NCBI GenBank assembly: GCA_038740375.1
Contig: JAVYLW010000004.1
Coordinates: 28,067-92,066, forward strand
Length of the DNA: 64,000 nucleotides
Reading direction: 5' to 3'
Source: Candidatus Pacearchaeota archaeon
Lineage (GTDB): Archaea > Nanobdellota > Nanobdellia > Pacearchaeales > GW2011-AR1
The stretch's first letter is position 1. Each line of letters begins with the position of its first letter. Shown here piece by piece: positions 44,744 through 52,607 of the stretch. The position numbers were made by a program, and so were the translations under genes. Below the pieces are notes generated by a model. That model was not told the DNA's origin. It did no database searches and worked only from the letters and a program-made list of their open reading frames with translations.

Positions 44744-45680
44744 TATCTCTTATTTGCATTTGAAATCTTATTTTTCTTTTAGCTTCATTTGATATCAATC
44801 TAATCATCTCCCTTGAATATCCTAATCTTCTTCCAATTTGAGCATTATTAAGAGGCTCATTTCCATCTAAACCAAATTTCATTATTAAAACAGTTTTTTC
44901 TGTTTCATTTAAACTCTTATCGTTATTTAATATTTCAATTACTATATCTAATTCTTCTTTATTTAAGATATCCTCAAGAGGAGTTTTTAAATTTGAAGGA
45001 TAAATTTCATCTAATTCATATGGTTTAGAATTTTCTAATTTTTTCTCTAGTATATCTTTTATACCTCTTACTTGAATTGATTTTAATGTTTTTTTATTCT
45101 TAAAATCATAAGTTATTTGTTTACCTATTTCTTCATCAGTTGGAGCTCTCTTTAATTTTTCTTTTAGTTCTTTTTCTGTTCTTTCTACATCTTTTATTTT
45201 GTCATTTAAATATTTTGGAACAAAAATAAATCTTGTTCTTGCATTATATACTAAAGCATCTATTTCTTTTTTAATGTAAATTTTAGAATGTGTTGATAAT
45301 TTTCCTTTTGTATAATCCCAATTTGCTGTTGCTTGAAATAGACCCAATCTACCTGCTTGAAATAAGTCATCGTATTCTAATCCTCTACTGAGATAATCCT
45401 TTATAATTTTTTTAATTAATCCCTCATTTTTTTCAACTAAAATTTCTCGAGCATTATTGTAATTTTTTTCTAAATATTTTTTCTCTTCTGCTTTTGCATT
45501 ATTATATTTTTTTATTATTTTACCTAACCTCAAATTTAGTTCTTCTAAGTTTTCTGTTTTATATTTCTTTTTTTTTCTTCTTAAAATAAATGCATAAGGA
45601 AGTTTTACTATTAATAAATCACCTATTCCTAAATCATAATTTTCATTTTCAGGAACTTGTATATGAATTTGAAATGTCAT
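44736..45680 (-). CDS. Bacterial sigma-70-family-like protein (regions 2, 3 and 4) with unique N-terminal extension, in an archaeal context
   Basis: 314 aa. Region 2.1-2.2 is NEGLIKKIIKDYLSRGLEYDDLFQAGRLGLFQA, region 2.3-2.4 is GKLSTHSKIYIKKEIDALVYNARTRFIFVPKYL, region 3 is LKEKLKRAPTDEEIGKQI and region 4 is LNETEKTVLIMKFGLDGNEPLNNAQIGRRLGYSREMIRLISNEAKRKIR. Each is collinear with canonical sigma-70 motifs. Confidence 0.75.
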   Translation of the reverse strand: MTFQIHIQVPENENYDLGIGDLLIVKLPYAFILRRKKKKYKTENLEELNLRLGKIIKKYNNAKAEEKKYLEKNYNNAREILVEKNEGLIKKIIKDYLSRGLEYDDLFQAGRLGLFQATANWDYTKGKLSTHSKIYIKKEIDALVYNARTRFIFVPKYLNDKIKDVERTEKELKEKLKRAPTDEEIGKQITYDFKNKKTLKSIQVRGIKDILEKKLENSKPYELDEIYPSNLKTPLEDILNKEELDIVIEILNNDKSLNETEKTVLIMKFGLDGNEPLNNAQIGRRLGYSREMIRLISNEAKRKIRFQMQIRDII

Positions 45681-45813
45681 AAAAATCTTAAAAAAATTCT
45701 ATTTAAAAACTTTTATCTTTTTTATCATTATAAAATAGTTACAAAATATACTATTAGTTTAATTATCTTTTTTTATATAACTTGTTTAGAGTTGTTTTTA
45801 TTTATTAGGACAA

Positions 45814-45825
45814 GCTTTATAAAGC
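45814..45825. promoter_or_regulatory. 12-nt perfectly palindromic TATA-like element GCTTTATAAAGC in the sigma-like/rpoE divergent spacer
   Basis: Read directly from the sequence. It is centred about 55 nt upstream of the rpoE ATG (45874). A TATA core with symmetric flanks could serve either direction. Its function is inferred only. Confidence 0.3.
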
Positions 45826-45873
45826 CAATTTTTTTAGTTATTAATAAATTTACTAATATAATTATATATTAAA

Positions 45874-46476
45874 ATGTTCTATATAGTAGAAGTTCAGGAT
45901 TATGTAAGAGTAGAGCCAAGATTGTTTGGTCTTTCTACAGCTGACGCAGTTGCAAAACAATTGCAAGAAATATACGAGAATTATCACGATAAAGAAATTG
46001 GAGAAGTTATTGGAATCATATCCATACTTGAAGTTGGTAATGGAATAATTATTCCTGGTGATGGTTCTGCTTATTATAATTCTAGATTTAAACTTTTAGC
46101 ATTTAAACCTGAACTACAAGAGCTTGTATATTGTATAGTTGATGATATAACTAATTTTGGAGCTTTTATGAATATGGGTGTTATGAAAGGAATGATTCAT
46201 ATTTCACAAACAATGGACGATTATGTTAGTTTTTCTTCAAATAATACTTTAGTAGGAAAAGATACTAAAAGAATATTAAAGAAAAAAGATTTATGTTTAG
46301 CTAGAATTGTTGCTATTTCTTATAAAGGAGATGTTCCAAAAATTGGACTTACTATGAGGCAGCCAGGTCTTGGAAAATTAGAATGGTTAAAAGAAGAAAA
46401 ACAAAAAGCTCAAGCTGCAATTAAAAAAATTGCAAAAACATCTAAATCTGAAGATAAAAAGGGAGCAAAGAAATAA
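45874..46476 (+). CDS. rpoE: DNA-directed RNA polymerase subunit E (Rpo7)
   Basis: 200 aa. The N-terminus MFYIVEVQDYVRVEPRLFG and the S1 domain (ELVYCIVDDITNFGAFMNMGVMKGMIHISQ) are present, followed by a Lys-rich tail. Confidence 0.9.
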   Translation: MFYIVEVQDYVRVEPRLFGLSTADAVAKQLQEIYENYHDKEIGEVIGIISILEVGNGIIIPGDGSAYYNSRFKLLAFKPELQELVYCIVDDITNFGAFMNMGVMKGMIHISQTMDDYVSFSSNNTLVGKDTKRILKKKDLCLARIVAISYKGDVPKIGLTMRQPGLGKLEWLKEEKQKAQAAIKKIAKTSKSEDKKGAKK

Positions 46477-46664
46477 TGGCACAAAAAGAAAAAGCTTGTA
46501 AAGGATGTAGATTAATTTATGAAGGAGAAGTTTGTCCTTTTTGCGGAAGAAAAGATTTTTCAGATAATTTTAAGGGTAAAGTTGAAATAATTAATCCAGA
46601 AAAATCAGAGATAGCAAAGCAACTAAAAGTAAACAAAAAGGGTATTTACGCAATTAAATTATAA
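46476..46664 (+). CDS. spt4: Transcription elongation factor Spt4 (RpoE'')
   Basis: 62 aa. The zinc ribbon is CKGCRLIYEGEVCPFCG. Its start overlaps the rpoE stop by 1 nt, the classical rpoE-spt4 arrangement. Confidence 0.8.
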   Translation: MAQKEKACKGCRLIYEGEVCPFCGRKDFSDNFKGKVEIINPEKSEIAKQLKVNKKGIYAIKL

Positions 46665-46689
46665 AAATTCTACAAAGATTAATGGCAAA

Positions 46690-47013
46690 ATGGATATTAA
46701 GAAAGATTTTAGAAATGAGTTATTAAAAAGACAGGAGATATCTTTTGTTTTAGAACATGATAAAACTCCAAGTTTTTCTGAGATGGAAAAATTAATATCT
46801 GAAGAGTTTAAAAAGCCTATTGATACTATTGATGTTTATAATATCAAAGGAAAATTTGGAAGAAAAACTTTTTTAATAAAAGCTTATATTTATGACAGCC
46901 CTGAAATACTTTTAAAAATGAAAGAAATATCAAAGACTAAAAAACAAAGAGATGCTGAAAAAAAGGAAATTGAAAATATTAAAAAAAATTCTGATGATTC
47001 AAAGAAAGAATAA
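46690..47013 (+). CDS. rps24e: Ribosomal protein eS24
   Basis: 107 aa. NELLKRQEISFVLEHDKTPSFSEMEKLISEEF and GKFGRKTFLIKAYIYDS follow the S24e pattern. Confidence 0.85.
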   Translation: MDIKKDFRNELLKRQEISFVLEHDKTPSFSEMEKLISEEFKKPIDTIDVYNIKGKFGRKTFLIKAYIYDSPEILLKMKEISKTKKQRDAEKKEIENIKKNSDDSKKE

Positions 47014-47080
47014 TAAAATTTTTATTTCTAAGATTAAATAATATTTATAAATTTTAAGTTTTTATTATTTTTATAAGTTT

Positions 47081-47476
47081 ATGATAGATAAAAACTTAGA
47101 AAGATTAATAGATATAATAAATGGAAAAATTTTATTTAAAGAGTCATTTGTAATATCTGATATTTCTAAATTTGATTTTAATAATTTTTTAGATAAAATT
47201 ATAAAAAAAATTATTGAATTTAGAGAGTATAGAAACGGTTATAATATGTGTAATTATGAAATTGTTTTTTTTAGAGGGGATTTTTTAGATTATGATATAC
47301 TTGGAAGTATTATTAGTGGAAATTTTACATTAACAGGAAATCCTAATCGCATTAAAGGTAAATTTATGAAACGCTGTTTTGAGATATTTGATGAAATCAA
47401 AGAAGATTATATAGAAAATCCCTGCCTTGTAAATGTTAGCATAGGTATTATAGGATATACTGACAAATTTAAATAA
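47081..47476 (+). CDS. Hypothetical protein
   Basis: 131-aa ORF. I recognise no motif. Confidence 0.4.
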   Translation: MIDKNLERLIDIINGKILFKESFVISDISKFDFNNFLDKIIKKIIEFREYRNGYNMCNYEIVFFRGDFLDYDILGSIISGNFTLTGNPNRIKGKFMKRCFEIFDEIKEDYIENPCLVNVSIGIIGYTDKFK

Positions 47477-47518
47477 TTAGTAATTTTTATATTTTATAAA
47501 TAAGATATTTTTAAAAAA

Positions 47519-47812
47519 ATGGTAATAAAAAAAAAGAGAAAAAATAATAAAATAAAAAATAAAAAAAAATTTAATAAAAAATTTTCAAAAAAAGCTTTTA
47601 TAAGAACAAAAAAAGAAAGTAAAATAGCAAAGATAGAAAAAGAATTTGAAGAAGAACTTAAAAAAGATTTTTTGGAAACAAAAAAATGGATGATTCAAAG
47701 AAAAAAGTTTTTTTTAAAACTAGGCATAATTATTATTTTAATACTTATCTTAATTTTAGTTCTTGTTTTAATTGAAAGATTTACTAGTTTTTCTATATTT
47801 AAATTTTTTTAA
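47519..47812 (+). CDS. Lys-rich protein with C-terminal TM helix (hypothetical)
   Basis: 97 aa. It has a poly-Lys/Asn N-terminus encoded by A-runs and a C-terminal helix LGIIIILILILILVLVLI. The low-complexity coding lowers confidence. Confidence 0.3.
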   Translation: MVIKKKRKNNKIKNKKKFNKKFSKKAFIRTKKESKIAKIEKEFEEELKKDFLETKKWMIQRKKFFLKLGIIIILILILILVLVLIERFTSFSIFKFF

Positions 47813-48113
47813 AATTAGTAATAATTTAGATATTTACTCATTAACAAAATATTAATAAGATAAAAATTAGATAATAAAGAAATATCCTCCTTTTAAACAC
47901 TACACAATTTCAAACTAATGAAAAATTTTTTATTAGTTAATTTTACCATTTTATGAGTATTAAAGTATTTTTTATAAACAGGTTAATAATTATTTACAAG
48001 TTTTAATTAATTAAGATAATCTATACCTAACAAAACGATAAGTTTTATTTTTAGCAAAATTTAAAAAGTTGGTAAATTATCCTTTTTAAAAATATTAATT
48101 AATATTAATTAAG

Positions 48114-48317
48114 ATGGCAGAAAAAAAAGGAAAAGTAGGAGCTGGCAAAAAACCACATAAAAATAAACCTACTTCTAAGAAATATAAGATGTATAAATTA
48201 GAAGGAGATAGAATTATTAGAGAAAGAAGCTGCCCTAGATGTGGACCTGGTATTTTTTTAATGAAGGCTAATAATAGAGTTTATTGTGGTTCTTGTCATT
48301 ATACTGAATTTTTTTAA
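48114..48317 (+). CDS. rps27ae: Ribosomal protein eS31 (S27ae)
   Basis: 67 aa. The zinc ribbon is CPRCGPGIFLMKANNRVYCGSCHYT, preceded by a basic N-terminus. Confidence 0.85.
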   Translation: MAEKKGKVGAGKKPHKNKPTSKKYKMYKLEGDRIIRERSCPRCGPGIFLMKANNRVYCGSCHYTEFF

Positions 48318-48391
48318 AAATAAAGAAATTAATAAATTAATTTTTTAAGGTTTTTTTATTTAAATAAGAAAATTATAATGTCTTTTATAAT

Positions 48392-48560
48392 TAAATTATC
48401 ACCCCTATTTTTTTATCTTTTCTCCCTGAAAGAGTGTTTTATTATCAAGTATTCTAAATAAATTAAGATAAATTTTAAACGAATTTTTAAACCCGAGAAA
48501 AGTCGGTGTCATGCAAAAAAGCATGTCCTGACTCTTCTGGGAAAAAGAGGTGATAATTTA
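48392..48560. ncRNA. Candidate structured RNA (or TIR-bounded element): long closing helix plus internal GC-rich hairpin
   Basis: Base pairing checked by hand. 48392-48403 (TAAATTATCACC) pairs with 48549-48560 (GGTGATAATTTA), giving 12 bp. 48416-48426 (TCTTTTCTCCC) pairs with 48539-48548 (GGGAAAAAGA), giving 10 bp with one bulged C. An internal imperfect hairpin at 48491-48541 (CCCGAGAAAAGTCGGTGTCATGC-AAAAAA-GCATGTCCTGACTCTTCTGGG) would use GGG 48539-48541 and so competes with the 10-bp helix. The region is GC-enriched relative to the surrounding spacer. Confidence 0.35.
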
Positions 48561-48729
48561 TATAGAAATCCTTAGTATTTAAATTTTATGGTGTTGTTGT
48601 AACTATATAATGACATAAAAAATTAAGTTTTTTAAAAGAATTTATATTTAATCCTTTATACTGAATTTATACTAAATTTATAATGTATTAAATAATATAG
48701 TTTAAAAAGTATTATTGTTAATAGATATA

Positions 48730-49809
48730 ATGGATATAAATGAATTTTTGCCAAAAGATTATCGTAAAGGTGAAATTTTAGAAAAAGAAATAGAAAGAAT
48801 TGATGAAAAAATACAGGAAAAAATTAGTCAAGAGCAGTTTTATGATGTAATTACTTCAAAAAAACCTGACTGGCAGCAGATTATTTATGATTTAATTAAT
48901 TCTGAACAACTTGATCCTTGGGATATTGACATTTTAGTTTTAACAAAAAAATATTTTGAAAGAATCCAAGAACTTGAAGAACAGGACTTTTATATTTCAA
49001 GCAAAGTTCTGCTTGCTGCTGCACTTCTTTTAAGAATTAAATCAGAATTTTTATTAAATAAGTATATTAAGAGCATTGATGAAATATTGTTTGGAAAAAA
49101 AGATGAAAAAAAGAACATATTTGAAAGAATAGAAATAAATGAAGAAGAATTACCTTTTTTGATTCCTAGAACTCCTTTACCAAGAGCAAAAAGAGTTACA
49201 TTAGCTGAATTAATGAATGCCTTAAATAAAGCAATTAATACAGAAACAAGAAGAATAAAAAAAGAAGTTCAGCTTAAAAGAGCAAAGAAACTTTCAGAAG
49301 TAGATTTTCCTGAATTTAAGAGAATAGATTTAAAAGACAGAATAAAAAGAATATATGCTAAAATTATTACTGCAATAAAAAAATCTTCAAATAAATCTAA
49401 TGAAAATTTAAATAAAATTTGCTATACAGAACTTGCTGGTAAAGAAAGAGAAGGAAGATTATCATGTTTCTTACCAATTTTACATTTATCTAACAATAAA
49501 AAACTTTGGTTAGAACAAGAAAAACATTTAGAGGAAATATGGATTTATTTATATGAATATTTTGATAAAAATAGAGATAAATTTTTAGATGGACTTGAAA
49601 AAGATATTCTATTCATGAAAGAAGAATTAAAAAATGAATCTTTAGAAGATGGAAGTTATGATTATGATTTAGAAGAAGTAGAATCAAAAAATTTAGAAAA
49701 TTTTGATGAAGTAAATGAAATTAGGTCAGAAATAAATAAAAAAATAGAAGAAATAGAAGAAGATAAAAAAATTGAAAAAATAAGTGGATTTTCTGATGAA
49801 AATATGTAA
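48730..49809 (+). CDS. scpA: Segregation and condensation protein A (ScpA kleisin)
   Basis: LINSEQLDPWDIDILVLTKKYFERIQELEEQDFYISSKVLLAAALLLRIKSEFLL is the conserved ScpA N-terminal domain. The start is placed at the ATG at 48730 rather than the TTG at 48715 used in the track. Confidence 0.8.
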   Translation: MDINEFLPKDYRKGEILEKEIERIDEKIQEKISQEQFYDVITSKKPDWQQIIYDLINSEQLDPWDIDILVLTKKYFERIQELEEQDFYISSKVLLAAALLLRIKSEFLLNKYIKSIDEILFGKKDEKKNIFERIEINEEELPFLIPRTPLPRAKRVTLAELMNALNKAINTETRRIKKEVQLKRAKKLSEVDFPEFKRIDLKDRIKRIYAKIITAIKKSSNKSNENLNKICYTELAGKEREGRLSCFLPILHLSNNKKLWLEQEKHLEEIWIYLYEYFDKNRDKFLDGLEKDILFMKEELKNESLEDGSYDYDLEEVESKNLENFDEVNEIRSEINKKIEEIEEDKKIEKISGFSDENM

Positions 49810-49988
49810 TTAAAAAATTATCTTTTAATCAAACTTAAGGTATTATATTAATCTTATCAAATCTGAAAAATTAATTAATTTTTGCATTATTATTTTAATC
49901 AGCAAAGTTTTTTTAATCATTATTCTTTCTAAAATCTAAAAAATTTTTATAAGATTAGAATTTTTATTAAAAAAACATATATTATAAA

Positions 49989-50414
49989 TTATGAATCTTC
50001 TTGAGTATCAGATAACTTTAGTTTTTTCTTAGCTTTTAATTCTTCTCTTAATCCTTTTTTTACTATAATTTCTAATCTCGAACTTTGCTCTTTTTTTCCA
50101 AGTCTTATTATATCACCAGGAAATAACTGAAGTCTTTTTCTATAAGTTCTTATGTAATCTTGAACATCAATTTCTTCTCCTTTTCTTAAGATATAGGTAT
50201 TATTTGTGCTATTAGTATCTTGAATATATACTGAGCCATCTTTATGATGTATTATTATTGCATGTTTTCCAGAAACTGTAATATCATCAAATTGAATATC
50301 GCAATCAGGATGTCTTCCTATAATTTTTTCTTTTTGATCTGCTTCTAAAATGTATTCTTTTTCAGGTTCATTAGTCTTTGGGTCTTTATATTTTAATATT
50401 TTAGGTTCTGTCAT
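49989..50414 (-). CDS. FHA-domain protein
   Basis: 141 aa. IIGRHPDCDIQFDDITVSGKHAIIIHHKDGSVYIQDTNSTNNTYI is a canonical FHA core (GR...D......S..HA......D..S.NGT-like). Confidence 0.7.
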   Translation of the reverse strand: MTEPKILKYKDPKTNEPEKEYILEADQKEKIIGRHPDCDIQFDDITVSGKHAIIIHHKDGSVYIQDTNSTNNTYILRKGEEIDVQDYIRTYRKRLQLFPGDIIRLGKKEQSSRLEIIVKKGLREELKAKKKLKLSDTQEDS

Positions 50415-50474
50415 TTATAATTTAAAGAGACTAATCTTATAAATATTTATATAATATATTAAATTAATTTTTTT

Positions 50475-51905
50475 ATGACAGTAGATAAAAAATACATTTA
50501 TGCATATACTTTAAAAAATGCCATTGAACATTCTGGTAAGGCTGTTTTAAATTCTGTTATAGCTGGACTTTTTAATCACGGCCTTACTAAAGATAAAATT
50601 AAAGAAATAATACCTGAAGTTAATTCTGTTTTAAAAGAAGTTAATAGTTGGGATTTAACTAAACAAAAATCTGAATTTTTAAAATATTCTGAATTAATTA
50701 GTCATAGACCTGAAAGAGAGGGTTTACCTGAACTTCCAAATGTTAGTAAAAAAGGAGTAATTATGAGATTTGCTCCTGCTGCAACAGGACCCTTACACAT
50801 AGGACATATAATTTCAAGTATGCCAACTTCGTTATATGTTGAAAAATACGGAGGAAAGTTTTATGTTAGAATTGAAGATACTGATCCTGAAAGAACAGAC
50901 CCTGATTCATATTCTAGCTTTAAAATTGATTGTGACTGGCTTTTTGGAAATGTTAGTAAGTATATTATTCAATCTGATAGAATGAATATTTATTATGATT
51001 ATTCTGAAAAATTGATTAATCTAGGTTTTGCTTATGTTTGCACATGCAATAATGAAAAATTTAAAAAATTGATAAATGAAAAAAAATCTTGTCTGTGTAG
51101 AAATAATTCTGTTTCTGAAAATATTAAAAAATGGAAAAAAATGCTTAATTTTAAGGGTTATAAAGATGGAGAAGCAGTTTTAAGATTTAAATCTGATTTA
51201 AATAATCCAAATCCAGCACTTCGTGATTTTCCACTTGCTAGAATTAACAGTCACAAACATCCAAGACAAGGAAAAAAATACAGAGTTTGGCCTTTAATGA
51301 ATCTTTCTGTAGCAGTTGATGATATTGAATTTAAAATGACGCATATCATAAGAGGTAAAGACCATAAAGATAATGCTATTCGTCAAAAAATGATTTATAA
51401 AGCTCTTGGACTAGAGGATATATATCCAAATGTTTTATTTGTTGGAAGAATAAAATTCTCTGATATTGTTTTATCAAAAAGAAAAATAAAAAATGCAATA
51501 AAAGAAGGAAAATTTTCAGGATTTGAAGATATTAGATTACCTACTATTGCAAATCTAAGAAATAGAGGGTATTTACCTGAATCTTTTAAAGAACTTGCAA
51601 TACAAAGAGGAATATCTGAAGTAGATAAAGTAATAACTCAAAAAGATTTTTTTGATGTTTTAAATAGGATTAACAGAGAGTTTTTAAGAAATAGAACAAG
51701 AAAATTTAGTTTTTTAAAATGCTTAGAAAATGAATCTAACATAAAAATATTAATGCCTGATGGAAGTTTTGTTTTTGGAAAAAGCGAAGTTTTAGCTAAA
51801 AAAGATGAGATAATTTATTTTGATAAATTCGGCTATGCAAAATTTAATTTTTTTGAAGGAAGAGGAAAAAATAAGAAAATGATTTTCTGGTTTTGTCATG
51901 ATTAA
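50475..51905 (+). CDS. gltX: Glutamyl-tRNA synthetase (archaeal/eukaryal GlxRS type), comparatively short C-terminus
   Basis: 476 aa. The HIGH motif is in RFAPAATGPLHIGH, followed by VRIEDTDPER and WPLMNLSVAVDD. The KMSKS-like motif is VLSKRK. Confidence 0.85.
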   Translation: MTVDKKYIYAYTLKNAIEHSGKAVLNSVIAGLFNHGLTKDKIKEIIPEVNSVLKEVNSWDLTKQKSEFLKYSELISHRPEREGLPELPNVSKKGVIMRFAPAATGPLHIGHIISSMPTSLYVEKYGGKFYVRIEDTDPERTDPDSYSSFKIDCDWLFGNVSKYIIQSDRMNIYYDYSEKLINLGFAYVCTCNNEKFKKLINEKKSCLCRNNSVSENIKKWKKMLNFKGYKDGEAVLRFKSDLNNPNPALRDFPLARINSHKHPRQGKKYRVWPLMNLSVAVDDIEFKMTHIIRGKDHKDNAIRQKMIYKALGLEDIYPNVLFVGRIKFSDIVLSKRKIKNAIKEGKFSGFEDIRLPTIANLRNRGYLPESFKELAIQRGISEVDKVITQKDFFDVLNRINREFLRNRTRKFSFLKCLENESNIKILMPDGSFVFGKSEVLAKKDEIIYFDKFGYAKFNFFEGRGKNKKMIFWFCHD

Positions 51906-52593
51906 TTTTTGTCATAATCAAAATATAAAAATAAATAAAAATTAAAAATTAATAACACAATTAATAAATTGATATTAATTTGATATTAGATTATAATGCA
52001 TTTTTAGATTCTTCATATTAATTAATCTTTAATAATTAATCTTGCAACTTACACAATAAAATACCTCTTACTCTAAAATATCTTTTTCATATATTTTTTT
52101 AATACTGACATAATCTACTCTTAAAAAATAAATTATTTAAAAAATATTTTACAAGAAATTTTATAAGAAGTAATAATTATTAGTAAAACTATTTTAGTAA
52201 AAAATATTCATCTGTCTAAAAAGCCCAAAAAAAATTTATTATTTTTTAATAAAATTTTTTAACTTATTTTAAAATAAATTAGAGTTTATTAAATTTACAA
52301 ATATAAACTATAAAAATATACTTTTTATCTGGAATTCAAAATAAAATCAAAAATTTTTAATATTTTTTATAGTTTAAAAAGATATAATTAAATGAATTAA
52401 TTCTTTCTAATAATTAGTTTGTAAATAATTTTTATCTAGAAAATTTTGTCTTACATTTTTTATCTTAATTAATTTAATGATGAAAAAAATCTTTTATTTT
52501 AAAAATGAAAAAATAAATAAAAATGTTTATAAATGATGATTTTCTTGTATTTGTATTAAATTTAGGAAAAAAATTGAAAAAAAGAGAGTGAAA

Positions 52594-52600
52594 GGAGGTG
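52594..52600 (+). promoter_or_regulatory. Strong Shine-Dalgarno-like site GGAGGTG for the pilin-like gene
   Basis: GAAAGGAGGTGTTATTAAATG. The motif ends 7 nt before the ATG at 52608 and is the best anti-16S-tail match I noticed in the window. Confidence 0.5.
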
Positions 52601-52607
52601 TTATTAA

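Noticed and set aside
45657-45872. 71-aa plus-strand ORF in the sigma-like/rpoE spacer.
   Set aside because: It is Phe/Ile/Lys/Tyr-rich and AT-driven, overlaps the sigma-like gene's start and fills a promoter region. I see no motif and no RBS.
48491-48541. Possible RNase P RNA. CCCGAGAAAAGTCGG resembles the CR-I consensus GAGGAAAGUCCGG, and the opposing CCTGACTCTT could mimic the P4 partner strand.
   Set aside because: The two strands are separated only by a ~20-nt hairpin. The whole element is about 170 nt, with none of the intervening catalytic-domain helices (P5-P15, CR-II to CR-IV). It folds as a simple local hairpin, so the resemblance is probably coincidental. An Rfam scan would settle it.
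51906-52607. Replication origin hypothesis for the 700-nt AT-rich spacer.
   Set aside because: I could find no repeated ORB or mini-ORB-like elements (G-stretch-containing inverted repeats). No orc1/cdc6 gene is adjacent. AT-richness alone is not diagnostic in this genome.
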